Assembly: GCA_963804165.1 (NCBI GenBank)
Contig: CAWDPO010000045.1
Coordinates: 160,001 to 224,000, forward strand
DNA length: 64,000 nucleotides
Source of the DNA: an uncultured delta proteobacterium
GTDB lineage: Bacteria > Desulfobacterota > Binatia > UBA9968
Direction of reading: 5' to 3'
The position numbers and the translations under genes were made by a program. This document shows, piece after piece, positions 50,887-60,679 of the stretch. Under the pieces are notes generated by a model, which saw only the letters and a list, made by a program, of their open reading frames with translations, ran no database searches and was not told where the DNA came from. Numbering within the stretch: position 1 is the stretch's first letter; the number at the start of each line of letters is the position of its first letter.

Positions 50887-51140
50887 ACTCTCTAAAAGTA
50901 ATAATGCCGCGCTGAACCGTCATATCGACCGCTCAGCATACAGCATTTCTTGAAACCTTCTTCCTGAGTTGCATGGGCAGAGATCGTCACTGCCTAGTTT
51001 TCCCATCAGTTCCTTGTCGCCATAAACTGCGCGGTGACCGCGTTTAACGCGGGTCTCCGACGGAAATCCGGTGGCGCCGGCGCCGCTTGCTGGTACGCTC
51101 AAAAGCCGCTTTGGCCTTCGTAATGTTTCGTATTTTTCAT
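50885..51140 (-). pseudogene. Small SEC-C (CPCxSGxxFKxCC) protein gene spread over several frames
   Basis: Strong RBS GAAAGGAGG before ATG 51140. Segments [13 protein letters not shown] / FERTSKRR / [27 protein letters not shown] / [19 protein letters not shown] each need a +1 shift. Confidence 0.6.
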
Positions 51141-51377
51141 ACAACTAACCCTCCTTTCAATTGCGCCGAGCGGCTAAACACAAGCACACCGCCAATGTTA
51201 GACGCAAGAAAAAGCAAATCTCGGCAATTCGCCAGCCTATGGTCGATCGCGCCGATCCCCTTGGGGATCGGCCGGGAGCTTTCCTAAAACTTATTTCGCA
51301 CCTTGCCGCTTCTTTTGAACTAAATCCGCAGCGCAAGTTTCCCGTCAGTTTTGCGTTCGTCTGCTATCAAACAAGAG

Positions 51378-51393
51378 TGGCACCGCCGTTGCT
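51378..51393 (+). promoter_or_regulatory. Putative sigma-54 promoter
   Basis: TGGCACCGCCGTTGCT, a close match to TGGCAC-N5-TTGCW. Confidence 0.55.
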
Positions 51394-51804
51394 CCTTTTT
51401 TGGCGGATACTTGGGATTTGTCGGCAAGGGTGCATTGAATCAATCTCATACGACAAAAAATTCGTTAATCTGACCGGAAGTATCGAATTTGTCACAGTTG
51501 ATTTCTGTGCAGATTCGAACGTGAAATAGGCACTGCTGACAAATTTGACCGTTTGGTGCAGCGATTTCGTACCATTGTTCAAGTCATGAACCTCATTAGC
51601 GAGCCGAATCAGGCAAATCGGGCGACGAAGCCGCGATCGAGTCGAGTCGCCAACCTGTGGACCGAAGACTTCAAGCGCTGGTCGTACCCTCTTCCTTTCC
51701 CATCCAACGCATCAGCAGTTCGCCGGCGCGCGCAGGACACGCAGGTTTCCAAACAACATTTCTCGGAAGCTAGGCATTGATTCTGAGCTGGAAATAGGTG
51801 GTGA

Positions 51805-54462
51805 ATGAAAAAACCGAAACACGGCTTCAAAATGGGCGCAACCGGTCAACCTCTATCAGGGGGCGGTATCGTCAAGAAAGCCGTCACCAGCCCATCGCCT
51901 TACCAGTCACTCTTCGATACCGCGGCTCTCAGCATTGTCCAAACGGATCTCGATGGTCGCATCATCGGTTGCAATCCGGCCGCTGCGCGAATGCTCTTAG
52001 CTAACCAGGAGGACATGAGAGAGCGCGAGTTCTTGAGCCTCGTTCCCGATAAATGGCATCGGAAAGAAGAAGCCGCGACAACCGAGGTGATTAAAAACGG
52101 CGTCGCCGAGGAATATGAAATCGAACTCCGCAAAGAGGATGGCGCCGCTTTTCCCGCTGCTGTAAAGAAATGGCTGCAAATCGATAAGTTCGGACAGGCG
52201 CATGGCGTTTGTGTGGTGGTACGGGATATCACGGAGAAAAAGAGGAGCGACGACGCGGTGTATCAGCACGCGATTCTCCTCTTGGAGAGCCAGGCCCGGC
52301 ACCAATCTTTGTTAGCCAACGCGCCCATCTGCATCTTGACGGTCGACACGTCAGGGCGGATAGAGGCGACTAATCCGACCATTGAAGAACTGCTGGGTTA
52401 CGAGTCAGCCGCTCTCGTCGGCAAAAGTTTGGCAGATTTTGTGACGAGCCCCGGCGGACAGCCGATTTCGATCACGTCCGGACAGCCGCAGACAGCCGTC
52501 GCCAGATGCCATGATGGTAAAATTTTGCCCGTGCAAGTCGTCTTTAGCGAGCTTCGCACCAAGGGCGAAGTCTTTCATACCTGTTTTCTTCGAGATATCG
52601 CGGTCGATTTGCACATTCGCGAAGCACTGCAAGGCGCACATAGTGAATTGGAACAACGCGTGCGCGAGGGGAGCAAAGAAATCGCCAGGCTGAGCGATGC
52701 TTTGCGGGCGGAAATCAGCGAGCGCACTTGGGCTCAAGAGCAATTTCAAGTCGCCGTGGAATCGGCGCCTAACGGGATATTGCTTGTAGACAAGACCGGG
52801 CACATCACCCTGGTCAACGCTTTCATGGAGCAACTCTTCGGCTACGGCCGCGAGGAGCTGATCGGACGGCCGATCGATGTCCTGGTTCCGGAACGCTTTC
52901 ACAACCGATTTCCCAGCCAGCGCGAGTATTTTTTTTCTCATCCGCGCGTTAGATGGCTGGGGCGTCGGCAGGACTGGTACGGATTGCGCAAGGACGGCTC
53001 CGAGTTTCCCATCGAGATCGGCTTGAATCCGATCCACACTCCCCGGGGCAATGGTGTTCTCGTGTCGGTCGTCGACGTGACCGAGCGTAAGCGGGTCGAA
53101 TCTGAGCTCAAGCGCACTGCGTTTCATGACGGTTTGACGGGACTGCCCAATCGCACGCTGTTCCTTGACAACCTGCTTCGGCTCAACGCAGCGGCCAAAC
53201 GCTATGGACATCATCCCTTCGCGCTGCTGTTCTTGGATCTGGACAGGTTTAAAGTGATCAATGACAGCCTCGGTCACACGATCGGCGATAAGTTGCTCAT
53301 CGAGATGGCGCATCGTCTCGTCGAATGCACACGTGAGGAGGATACGGTCGCGCGCCTCGGCGGCGATGAATTTGCTATTTTGCTCGAGCAGGTACGCGGC
53401 CCTGAGGATGCCGTTCGAGTGGCTGACCGGGTGGTGGAACGATTCGCCGATCCCTTGATGTTGGATGAAAACGAAGTGTCCATCAGCGCAAGCATCGGCA
53501 TCGCGCTCAGCCTCACCGGCGAGAAAAGCCCCGAAGACCTGTTACGGGAGGCAGATATGGCGATGTACCAAGCTAAGACGCGGCGCTCGGGCTACCAAAT
53601 TTTCGATGCCAAGATGCATGCCCACGCGCTGGAGAAGATGCGCCTGGAGATCGACATGAAACGCGCCGTCGAACGAAAGCAGATTCAACTTCACTACCAG
53701 CCGATCATCTCGCTGGCGACCGGTAAGCTCGCCGGGTTCGAAGCGCTGGCGCGCTGGCACCACAATGGACGGGGGGTGATTTCGCCGACGCAGTTCATTC
53801 CGTTGGCGGAGGAAACCGGGCTGGTTGGCAACCTAAGCCGGTCGGTGCTCAAGCAAGCTTGCCTGCAAATGCGCCAGTGGCGAGAACACTTTCCGCTGAA
53901 CGACGATTGCTTCATTAGCGTCAACGTATCCAGCAAGCAGGTATCCCAAGGCGGACTCATCGATGAAATCGATGACGTTCTCCAGGAGACCGGATTGGAG
54001 CCCCAGTATCTTCGCCTCGAAATCACTGAAAGCGCGCTGGTCGAGAACACCCGCATCGCATCGCATGCGCTGGCCCAACTCAAAAAGCGCAGAATTAAGC
54101 TCTGCCTGGATGATTTCGGCAAGGGATTTTCGTCGCTTAATTATCTCCACCGGTTTCCCATTGACGTTTTGAAGATCGATCGCTCGTTTGTGCGCCGACT
54201 AGGGGCCAACCTTGCCAACGATCACGGCAGGAAACGGCCCTATGAAATTGTCCGCACGATCGTGGCCTTGGCACAAATACTCGGCATGCAGGTCGTCGCC
54301 GAAGGGGTGGAAATGTCAGGTCAGTTGAAAATTTTAAGAGATCTCGGCTGTGAGTTCGGTCAAGGATTTCTATTCTCTCCCGCAGTCGAGGCCAGCGATG
54401 CCATCCGTTTTCTCGAAGCCGGCCTATCGCTTTCAGAAATGACCGCACCGCAAGCCGAGTAG
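51805..54462 (+). CDS. PAS-PAS-PAS-GGDEF-EAL c-di-GMP protein
   Basis: Three PAS/PAC modules, HDGLTGLPNR, RxxD I-site plus GGDEF, EAL and DDFGKGFSSL; exact start uncertain. Confidence 0.95.
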   Translation: MKKPKHGFKMGATGQPLSGGGIVKKAVTSPSPYQSLFDTAALSIVQTDLDGRIIGCNPAAARMLLANQEDMREREFLSLVPDKWHRKEEAATTEVIKNGVAEEYEIELRKEDGAAFPAAVKKWLQIDKFGQAHGVCVVVRDITEKKRSDDAVYQHAILLLESQARHQSLLANAPICILTVDTSGRIEATNPTIEELLGYESAALVGKSLADFVTSPGGQPISITSGQPQTAVARCHDGKILPVQVVFSELRTKGEVFHTCFLRDIAVDLHIREALQGAHSELEQRVREGSKEIARLSDALRAEISERTWAQEQFQVAVESAPNGILLVDKTGHITLVNAFMEQLFGYGREELIGRPIDVLVPERFHNRFPSQREYFFSHPRVRWLGRRQDWYGLRKDGSEFPIEIGLNPIHTPRGNGVLVSVVDVTERKRVESELKRTAFHDGLTGLPNRTLFLDNLLRLNAAAKRYGHHPFALLFLDLDRFKVINDSLGHTIGDKLLIEMAHRLVECTREEDTVARLGGDEFAILLEQVRGPEDAVRVADRVVERFADPLMLDENEVSISASIGIALSLTGEKSPEDLLREADMAMYQAKTRRSGYQIFDAKMHAHALEKMRLEIDMKRAVERKQIQLHYQPIISLATGKLAGFEALARWHHNGRGVISPTQFIPLAEETGLVGNLSRSVLKQACLQMRQWREHFPLNDDCFISVNVSSKQVSQGGLIDEIDDVLQETGLEPQYLRLEITESALVENTRIASHALAQLKKRRIKLCLDDFGKGFSSLNYLHRFPIDVLKIDRSFVRRLGANLANDHGRKRPYEIVRTIVALAQILGMQVVAEGVEMSGQLKILRDLGCEFGQGFLFSPAVEASDAIRFLEAGLSLSEMTAPQAE

Positions 54463-54629
54463 CGGCCTCGGTGCTCCCGCGCGCTATCGCGTCACGACAG
54501 TGCGGGTGATTCCGCGATCAGTAAGTTTGCTGTCACCAGCCGAAGCTAACTGATAACTCCTCAGTATCCACGCACGGGGTTTTTCCCCGATTCAAAAGGT
54601 AAACCACTGATTCTTCGACCCGAGTGACG

Positions 54630-56333
54630 CTACTGCGCAGGCTTTCCGCCGTAATCCTTCTCCGCTGCTTCAGCTGAGACATAGCCGCGCCGCAAATCTC
54701 GGTCGACCAGCACGCGCGGCCGCTCCGACGGCGGTCCATAGCCGCCACCACCACCGGTTTCGACGATGATCGAATCGCCGAATTCGAGCGGATAACCTTT
54801 GCTCTTGTAAATGACCTCGCGCTCACCGGACTTTTTCACCACAGTAATCTGGCCTGACTTGCCCGCTTGACCGCCGTGCACGCCCCAGGGCGGATACTTG
54901 ACGCGATCGAACATCGCCTGCAGATCACAAGCGCCGAGGATGAGGTAATGTTTACGAAACCCGAGGCCGCCGCGAAACTTCCCCGCGCCGGCGGAGTCTT
55001 CGCGCAAACTAAACTCGACGAGACGATAGGGATACATCGACTCCTGCAGCTCGACGGGAATAATGCGCGTGTCACCGTGCGCCATGGTACGGAAGGGCCC
55101 GGCGCCGTCGTGGGTCGCGCAGGCGCCCCAGCCGCCGTGGCCGCTGTCATGGCAATCGAACGGCGTGCCGTTGTCGCGCTTGCCACGAAAGCGCACGCCG
55201 GAGAACGTGCCGAAATGCGCCCCGGTGACGCGCTCCGGTAGCGCCTTTTCCAACGCTTTGATGATCGCGTCAATTACCGTCGGAAACGGTTGCGAATAAT
55301 TGCCCATGGGCGCGGTCGGATGGGCGCTCAAGATTTTGCCTTCTGGCAAGATTAATTTTAACGGCCGAAACGTCCCTTCGTTGGCCGGCTCCTCGTTGGC
55401 AATTAAATATTTAAAAGCCACTCGCGCCGTGGTCCGGCCGCCGCCGTAATAACCGGAGTTGATGCAGCCGCGCACTTGCTCAGCAATATCGGAATAGTCA
55501 ATGGTCATTTCATCGTCGGCGACGATCACCTTGACACGTATCGGCAGCGCCTCATCCGACTCGCCGTCGTTATCGAAAAACGTTTCGTAGCTGTATTCGC
55601 CGTCAGGGATCGCGCGGATACGCGCCCGCGCCGCCGCTTCGCTCTGATCAAGCATGGTTTTCACCGCGGCGAAAAACGTGTCGACGCCGTACTTGTCAGC
55701 CAGCGCCTGTGTCAGATCACGACCGAGAACACAGCCGGCGTGTTGTGCTGCGATATCGCCCAGGAGTTCCACCGGAAATCGCGTATTGTTTTCGATGATT
55801 CGATAGACTTCCTGTATCGGCTCGCCCTTGGACCAGAGCTTGATCGAGCGCAGTTGCAAGCCTTCCATAAAAATATCGCTCGAGCGCGGGGTGATGCCGC
55901 CGATATCGATCCAGTGGACATTGATCGCGAAGAAACCGACCAGCGTGGCGCAATCAGCGCCGGCAAAAATCGGCGTGTACATCACGGTGTTATTCAAATG
56001 CTGCCCTTGAACAGCACCATGATTGCACAAGACGACATCGCCACGATACAAGCGCTCACGACCGTAGACGGCCAGACCATCGCGCACGGCCATGCCGACG
56101 GAATCGGCGACAAACACCGGCATGCCGCCGGTGCACTGCGCGATTAATTCGCCCTCCGCGCTCACCAGCCCCACGGCAAAATCTTTATACTCGTAAATGT
56201 AAGGACTGAAGGCCGTGCGGGAAATATTCGCGTCGATCTGGTCGGTGATCGAGACAATGCCGTGGCGGATCACTTCGAGGGTGATGGGATCGACGGAAGA
56301 ATTGTGTGAACTCGATTTTGAATTGTCGCTCAT
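54630..56333 (-). CDS. Hydantoinase B/oxoprolinase family subunit
   Basis: Motifs DPITLEVI, TAFSP.IYE..D, HLNN, HWIDIGG, EGL and GAGKFRGG. Confidence 0.93.
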   Translation of the reverse strand: MSDNSKSSSHNSSVDPITLEVIRHGIVSITDQIDANISRTAFSPYIYEYKDFAVGLVSAEGELIAQCTGGMPVFVADSVGMAVRDGLAVYGRERLYRGDVVLCNHGAVQGQHLNNTVMYTPIFAGADCATLVGFFAINVHWIDIGGITPRSSDIFMEGLQLRSIKLWSKGEPIQEVYRIIENNTRFPVELLGDIAAQHAGCVLGRDLTQALADKYGVDTFFAAVKTMLDQSEAAARARIRAIPDGEYSYETFFDNDGESDEALPIRVKVIVADDEMTIDYSDIAEQVRGCINSGYYGGGRTTARVAFKYLIANEEPANEGTFRPLKLILPEGKILSAHPTAPMGNYSQPFPTVIDAIIKALEKALPERVTGAHFGTFSGVRFRGKRDNGTPFDCHDSGHGGWGACATHDGAGPFRTMAHGDTRIIPVELQESMYPYRLVEFSLREDSAGAGKFRGGLGFRKHYLILGACDLQAMFDRVKYPPWGVHGGQAGKSGQITVVKKSGEREVIYKSKGYPLEFGDSIIVETGGGGGYGPPSERPRVLVDRDLRRGYVSAEAAEKDYGGKPAQ

Positions 56334-56371
56334 ATTTGTGTCACTGCTCGACAAGCGCTTCGCTGATTCTT

Positions 56372-56600
56372 GCCTCCTTCCCCTCGACGGGGAAGGACTG
56401 AGGAAGGGGTGATTCCTGTCTACTAGCAGCACCCCCATCCTAACCTTCCCCCATCAGAGACTGTGTCGCAATGTCATTCTGAGCCGCAGGCGAAGAATCT
56501 GCTTTTCGTAAGGTGTCGGAAAAACAGATGCTTCGCTCACGCTCAGCATCACAACCAGGTGACTTGTAGCATTGCGACACAGTCTCTCAAGGGGAAAGGA
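56372..56600. repeat. Purine/pyrimidine-rich palindromic repeat pair interrupted by a MITE
   Basis: CCTTCCCCTCGACGGGGAAGGACTGAGGAAGGGGTG and inverted CACCCCCATCCTAACCTTCCCCCA[insert]TCAAGGGGAAAGG. Confidence 0.75.
56457..56586. mobile_element. 130-bp MITE with perfect 17-bp TIRs and a 3-bp TSD
   Basis: GAGACTGTGTCGCAATG / CATTGCGACACAGTCTC flanked by TCA..TCA; contains the inverted pair GTCATTCTGAG..GAAGAATCT / AGATGCTTCG..CTCAGCATCAC. Confidence 0.85.
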
Positions 56601-56638
56601 ACTCGGATCAAGGATACAATTCTCCGATTACAACATTT

Positions 56639-58690
56639 TCATTTCGAGGCGCATTGAATGCGAATTTCATGCAGCTCGCCGATCTGGAACCGGTCTCCCG
56701 GCCACACCACCGTCGTCGAGCCGTATTCTTCGATCACCGCCGGACCCGTGCCGCTGAATCCCGGCTGCAGTTCGTCGCGGCGATAAATTTGCGCGTCCAA
56801 CCAGCCGCCGGCGTTGCCGATGTAAATCCGCCGCGCCTGCGCCGGCTGCGCTTTCACTGCCGCGCGTGGTAGGCACCCGATCTCCGGCTGTTTCAGGCGA
56901 GCGAACGCGGACAGATGCAGCGCTTGAAATTCCGCGGGCGCCTTGGCGTCGGCGTGGCCGTAGCGGCGCTTGTAATCGCGCTCGAAGGCGGAGCGGATCT
57001 GTTCCGCGTCTTTCAGTCCCGTTACCGGCACTTTGATGTTATGCCGCTGGCCCCGGTAACGCATCTCCGCGTGATGCTCATAAAAGACGTCCCCGGTACC
57101 GAACTCTTTTGCCAATGCCGTCGCGGCTTCCTTTTCCATGGCGCCGTAGATTTCGGCCATCGCCACCACTGTCTTATCGTTTAGAATCCCGACGAACGTT
57201 TTTGACGTATCGATGCGCGCGTCGGCCAAGAGCATGCCGATCGCCGAAAAATTTCCCGGTTCGGGCGGAATGACGACGATGGGAATAGACAGCTCGTGCG
57301 CCAGCGCGCAGGCATGCAGCGGGCCGCCGCCGCCGTAGCTGAAAAGAATAAAATCGCGCGGGTCGAGCCCATGCTCAACGGAAATCTTTCGAATCGCGCC
57401 CGCCATGATCACGGTGGCGATGGAAATAATGCCGTCGGCCATCTGAACCATGCCGATATCGCCGCCGTAGCCGAGCGGCGTGGCGATGCGTTCTGCGACC
57501 GCGCGCATCGCTGCGCCGATGTCCAACTGCATTTCACCGCCGAGGAAGTTTGCCGGATTGAGACGGCCAAGCGCCAGATTCGCGTCCGTCACCGTGGGTT
57601 CCGTACCGCCGCGCCCGTAGCACACCGGCCCCGGTGTCGAGCCGGCGCTCTGGGGCCCCACGTGTAACCGCTTTTGCGAATCGAGCCACGCGATGGAACC
57701 GCCGCCGGAGCCGACTTCGACGATGTCGATGACAGCCGACTTGATCGGAAAACCTTTGACGTAGCCGTTGGCGTAATAGACGGAGTTGACGGAGAATCGG
57801 CCGTTTTCGACCAACGCGCATTTTGCAGTCGTTCCACCCATGTCGAATGCGACGAGGTTTTTGAAACCGAGCTTTTCAGCGTACGCGGCCGCGCCGATGC
57901 AGCCGCCGATGGGGCCGGATTCGACCAGGCCGATGGGTTGGCGGCAAGTGCGCTCGGCGGATAACAAGCCGCCGTTGGAGCCCATCATGAACAGCGAGCC
58001 GCGGAATCTCTGCTCGCGCAAGTCACCGTCGAGCCGGCGAATGTACGTGCTCACCTGCGGCCCGACGTAGGCATTTGCCGCCACCGTCGAACAGCGCTCG
58101 TACTCGTACCACTCGCGTGTCAAATCGGTGCTGAACGTAACGTAAGTGTCCGGCAAAAATTCTTTCAGTTTCTCGGCCGCCGCCTCTTCGTGGGCCGGGT
58201 TGATGTAAGAGTTCATAAAAAAAACCGCCACCGATTCGACCCCGAGTTTCTTGATCTCGCCGGCAAGTTTTTCCAGCGCCGCCGTATCGAGGGCTGTGAC
58301 GACTTCGCCTTTGCTGCCCGTGCGCTCGGCGACTTCCAAGCGCAGCTCGCGCGGAATCAGCGGTTCATCGCGCTGGTAATGCAAATCGAATGGATCGGGC
58401 CGGTTGCCGCGGGCGATTTCAAGAATGTCGCGAAAGCCTTTGCTCGTCACCAACGCGGTCTTCGCGCCTTTGCGCTGGATCAGGGAATTGATCACCAGCG
58501 TCGTGCCGTGATTGACCAGCGACGCTTCGGCCGGCTTGATCTTGGCTTTATTGAAACAGTCGAGAACACCGTCGACGAGATTGTCGTAAGTGGTCGGACT
58601 CTTGGCGTAGATCACATTCTGGGTTTCGTGATCGAAGGCGACCAAATCTGTGAACGTACCGCCGATATCGACGGCGATGGCGTAACTCAT
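56639..58690 (-). CDS. Hydantoinase A/oxoprolinase family ATP-dependent subunit
   Basis: Motifs DIGGTFTD, HGTT, ESGP, DMGGTT, GSGGGS, PGPVCY and GGGGPLH. Confidence 0.95.
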   Translation of the reverse strand: MSYAIAVDIGGTFTDLVAFDHETQNVIYAKSPTTYDNLVDGVLDCFNKAKIKPAEASLVNHGTTLVINSLIQRKGAKTALVTSKGFRDILEIARGNRPDPFDLHYQRDEPLIPRELRLEVAERTGSKGEVVTALDTAALEKLAGEIKKLGVESVAVFFMNSYINPAHEEAAAEKLKEFLPDTYVTFSTDLTREWYEYERCSTVAANAYVGPQVSTYIRRLDGDLREQRFRGSLFMMGSNGGLLSAERTCRQPIGLVESGPIGGCIGAAAYAEKLGFKNLVAFDMGGTTAKCALVENGRFSVNSVYYANGYVKGFPIKSAVIDIVEVGSGGGSIAWLDSQKRLHVGPQSAGSTPGPVCYGRGGTEPTVTDANLALGRLNPANFLGGEMQLDIGAAMRAVAERIATPLGYGGDIGMVQMADGIISIATVIMAGAIRKISVEHGLDPRDFILFSYGGGGPLHACALAHELSIPIVVIPPEPGNFSAIGMLLADARIDTSKTFVGILNDKTVVAMAEIYGAMEKEAATALAKEFGTGDVFYEHHAEMRYRGQRHNIKVPVTGLKDAEQIRSAFERDYKRRYGHADAKAPAEFQALHLSAFARLKQPEIGCLPRAAVKAQPAQARRIYIGNAGGWLDAQIYRRDELQPGFSGTGPAVIEEYGSTTVVWPGDRFQIGELHEIRIQCASK

Positions 58691-58704
58691 CGAAGATGAC
58701 TCCC

Positions 58705-58798
58705 GTTCAAAAGTTCAACGGTTCAACGTTCAAAGCGATTGCTTCCAGTACTCCCGCATTTTCTGACGTTGAACTTTTGAACCTTTGAACTGTTGAAC
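58705..58798. repeat. Inverted array of GTTCAANN repeats overlapping the 3' end of the upstream hydantoinase B gene
   Basis: GTTCAAAA GTTCAACG GTTCAAC GTTCAAAG ... CGTTGAAC TTTTGAAC CTTTGAAC TGTTGAAC. Confidence 0.85.
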
Positions 58799-60549
58799 GT
58801 CATGGGCGGCGTGGCTTTGCCGCTTGCATCGAAAACGACGCCGTAATCGTCGCGCGCGCTTTCGCGCGAGACAAAGCCGCGAACCACGTCGCGCTGGACT
58901 AATTCGACTGGGCGCTCGCGCGGATCGCCGTAGCCGCCGCCACCGCCGGTGGCCATGCGCACGCGATCGCCGGATTGCAAGGGGCGATTTTCGGTTTTGT
59001 AAAGCAGCTCGGGATCCTTCGCACCGTTCTTATAGATCAGCACCTGACCGGACTTGCCTTCCTTCGCTCCTTGCACACCCCACGGCGGACAGCCGATGCG
59101 GTCGAAGTTCGCCCACAGCTCGCAGGGCGCGAGCAAGACATATTGCTTATCGAATCCCAATCCGCCGCGCCATTTTCCTGCTCCTCCCGAATCTTGGCGC
59201 AAACGAAATTCTTCGACGCGGAACGGATACATCGACTCCTGCAGCTCGATGGGAATCAAGCGCGTGTCGCCGTGCGCCATGGTGCGAAACGGTCCCGCGC
59301 CGTCGTGCGTCGCGCATGCGCCCCAGCCGCCGTGGCCGCTGTCGTTGGCTTTGAACACTGCGCCGGTATCCATGCGCTTGCCGGCAAAGCTCAGCGAAGA
59401 AAACGTCCCGAAGTGCGCACCGGTGACGCGCTCGGGCAAAGCCGGCTCCAACGCTTTGATGATGCAGTCGATCACCGTCGGGAAGGGAATGCTGTAGAGC
59501 CCCATCGCCGCAGTCGCCTCGGCGCTGATCAACTTACCTTCCGGCAGGATCATCTTCACTGGCCGGAAAGTTCCCTCGTTTGCCGGCTCGTCGGTCGCGA
59601 TCAGATATTTGAAAGCGACTCGCACGCAAGTCCGCCCGCCGCCGTAAAAACCCGAGTTGATGCAGCCTTTGACTTGATTCGACATTTCGGAAAAATCGAC
59701 CGTCATCTCGTCGCCGGCAATGATGACTTTAACCTTGATCGGAATCTTCTCGTCGCGTACGCCGTCATTATCGAGAAACGCTTCATGCTGATAAACACCG
59801 TCTGGAATCGCGCGGATTTTTTCTCGTGTCGCCGCCTCGCACTGATCGAGAATCGTGTCGAGAGCATCGAGAAACACCGTGGTGCCGTATTTGTCGCCCA
59901 TCGCCTGAGTAAGATCGCGCCCCAAGAGGCAGCCGCCGAGCTGCGCTTCGATATCGCCGAGCAGTTCCAAGGGAAAGCGCGTGTTGTTCTCGATGATGCG
60001 ATACACTTCCTCGATAGGCTCGCCTTTGGACAGGATTTTGATCGAGCGCAACTGCAGCCCTTCCATGAAAATATCCGTGGAAGAATAAGACACCGACCCG
60101 ATCGCCGAGCCGCCGATATCGATCCAGTGGCAGTTGACGGCGAAAAAGCCGATCACTTCGTCACCGCCGCGGCCGGCGAACACCGGCGTGTACATGACGG
60201 TATTATTCAAGTGCTGACCCTGCACCGCGGCATGATTGCAGACGATCACGTCGCCCTTGTGCAGATTGTCGCGTCCGTAGACTGCCAAACCGTCTTTCAC
60301 CGCCATGCCGACCGAGTCGGCGACAAAGACCGGCATGCCGCCCGTCGATTGCGCCAACAACTCGCCGGCCGCGCCGACGAATCCGACGGCGTAGTCCTTA
60401 TACTCGTAGATATATGGGCTGAATGCCGTGCGTGTCATGTTAGCGTCGATCTGATCGCAGATAGAAATAATGCCGTGGCGAATCACTTCCAGTGTGATGG
60501 GATCGAGCTCGGCGCGTTTCCGCGCCTCTTCTGCCGGCATAGGTCTCAT
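58723..60549 (-). CDS. Hydantoinase B/oxoprolinase family subunit (paralog of 54630..56333)
   Basis: Same motifs, with long identical blocks such as TAFSPYIYEYKD, GGMPVFVADSVGMAV and DSGHGGWGACATHDGAGPFRTMAHGDTR. Confidence 0.93.
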   Translation of the reverse strand: MRPMPAEEARKRAELDPITLEVIRHGIISICDQIDANMTRTAFSPYIYEYKDYAVGFVGAAGELLAQSTGGMPVFVADSVGMAVKDGLAVYGRDNLHKGDVIVCNHAAVQGQHLNNTVMYTPVFAGRGGDEVIGFFAVNCHWIDIGGSAIGSVSYSSTDIFMEGLQLRSIKILSKGEPIEEVYRIIENNTRFPLELLGDIEAQLGGCLLGRDLTQAMGDKYGTTVFLDALDTILDQCEAATREKIRAIPDGVYQHEAFLDNDGVRDEKIPIKVKVIIAGDEMTVDFSEMSNQVKGCINSGFYGGGRTCVRVAFKYLIATDEPANEGTFRPVKMILPEGKLISAEATAAMGLYSIPFPTVIDCIIKALEPALPERVTGAHFGTFSSLSFAGKRMDTGAVFKANDSGHGGWGACATHDGAGPFRTMAHGDTRLIPIELQESMYPFRVEEFRLRQDSGGAGKWRGGLGFDKQYVLLAPCELWANFDRIGCPPWGVQGAKEGKSGQVLIYKNGAKDPELLYKTENRPLQSGDRVRMATGGGGGYGDPRERPVELVQRDVVRGFVSRESARDDYGVVFDASGKATPPMTFNSSKVQKFNVRKCGSTGSNRFER

Positions 60550-60679
60550 TTCGGATGTTTTCCTGTCTGCAAAAACTTTCGCGATATTTTCAAGTAACCA
60601 CCGGGTTGTCAAGCAACCGTAATTTAGCGTATTTACTCTTACGGCGACGACTGCCGTAAACTTAATCCGGGAGTAAATA

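Noticed and set aside
58975-60597. 540-aa antisense ORF
   Set aside because: Shadow of hydantoinase B
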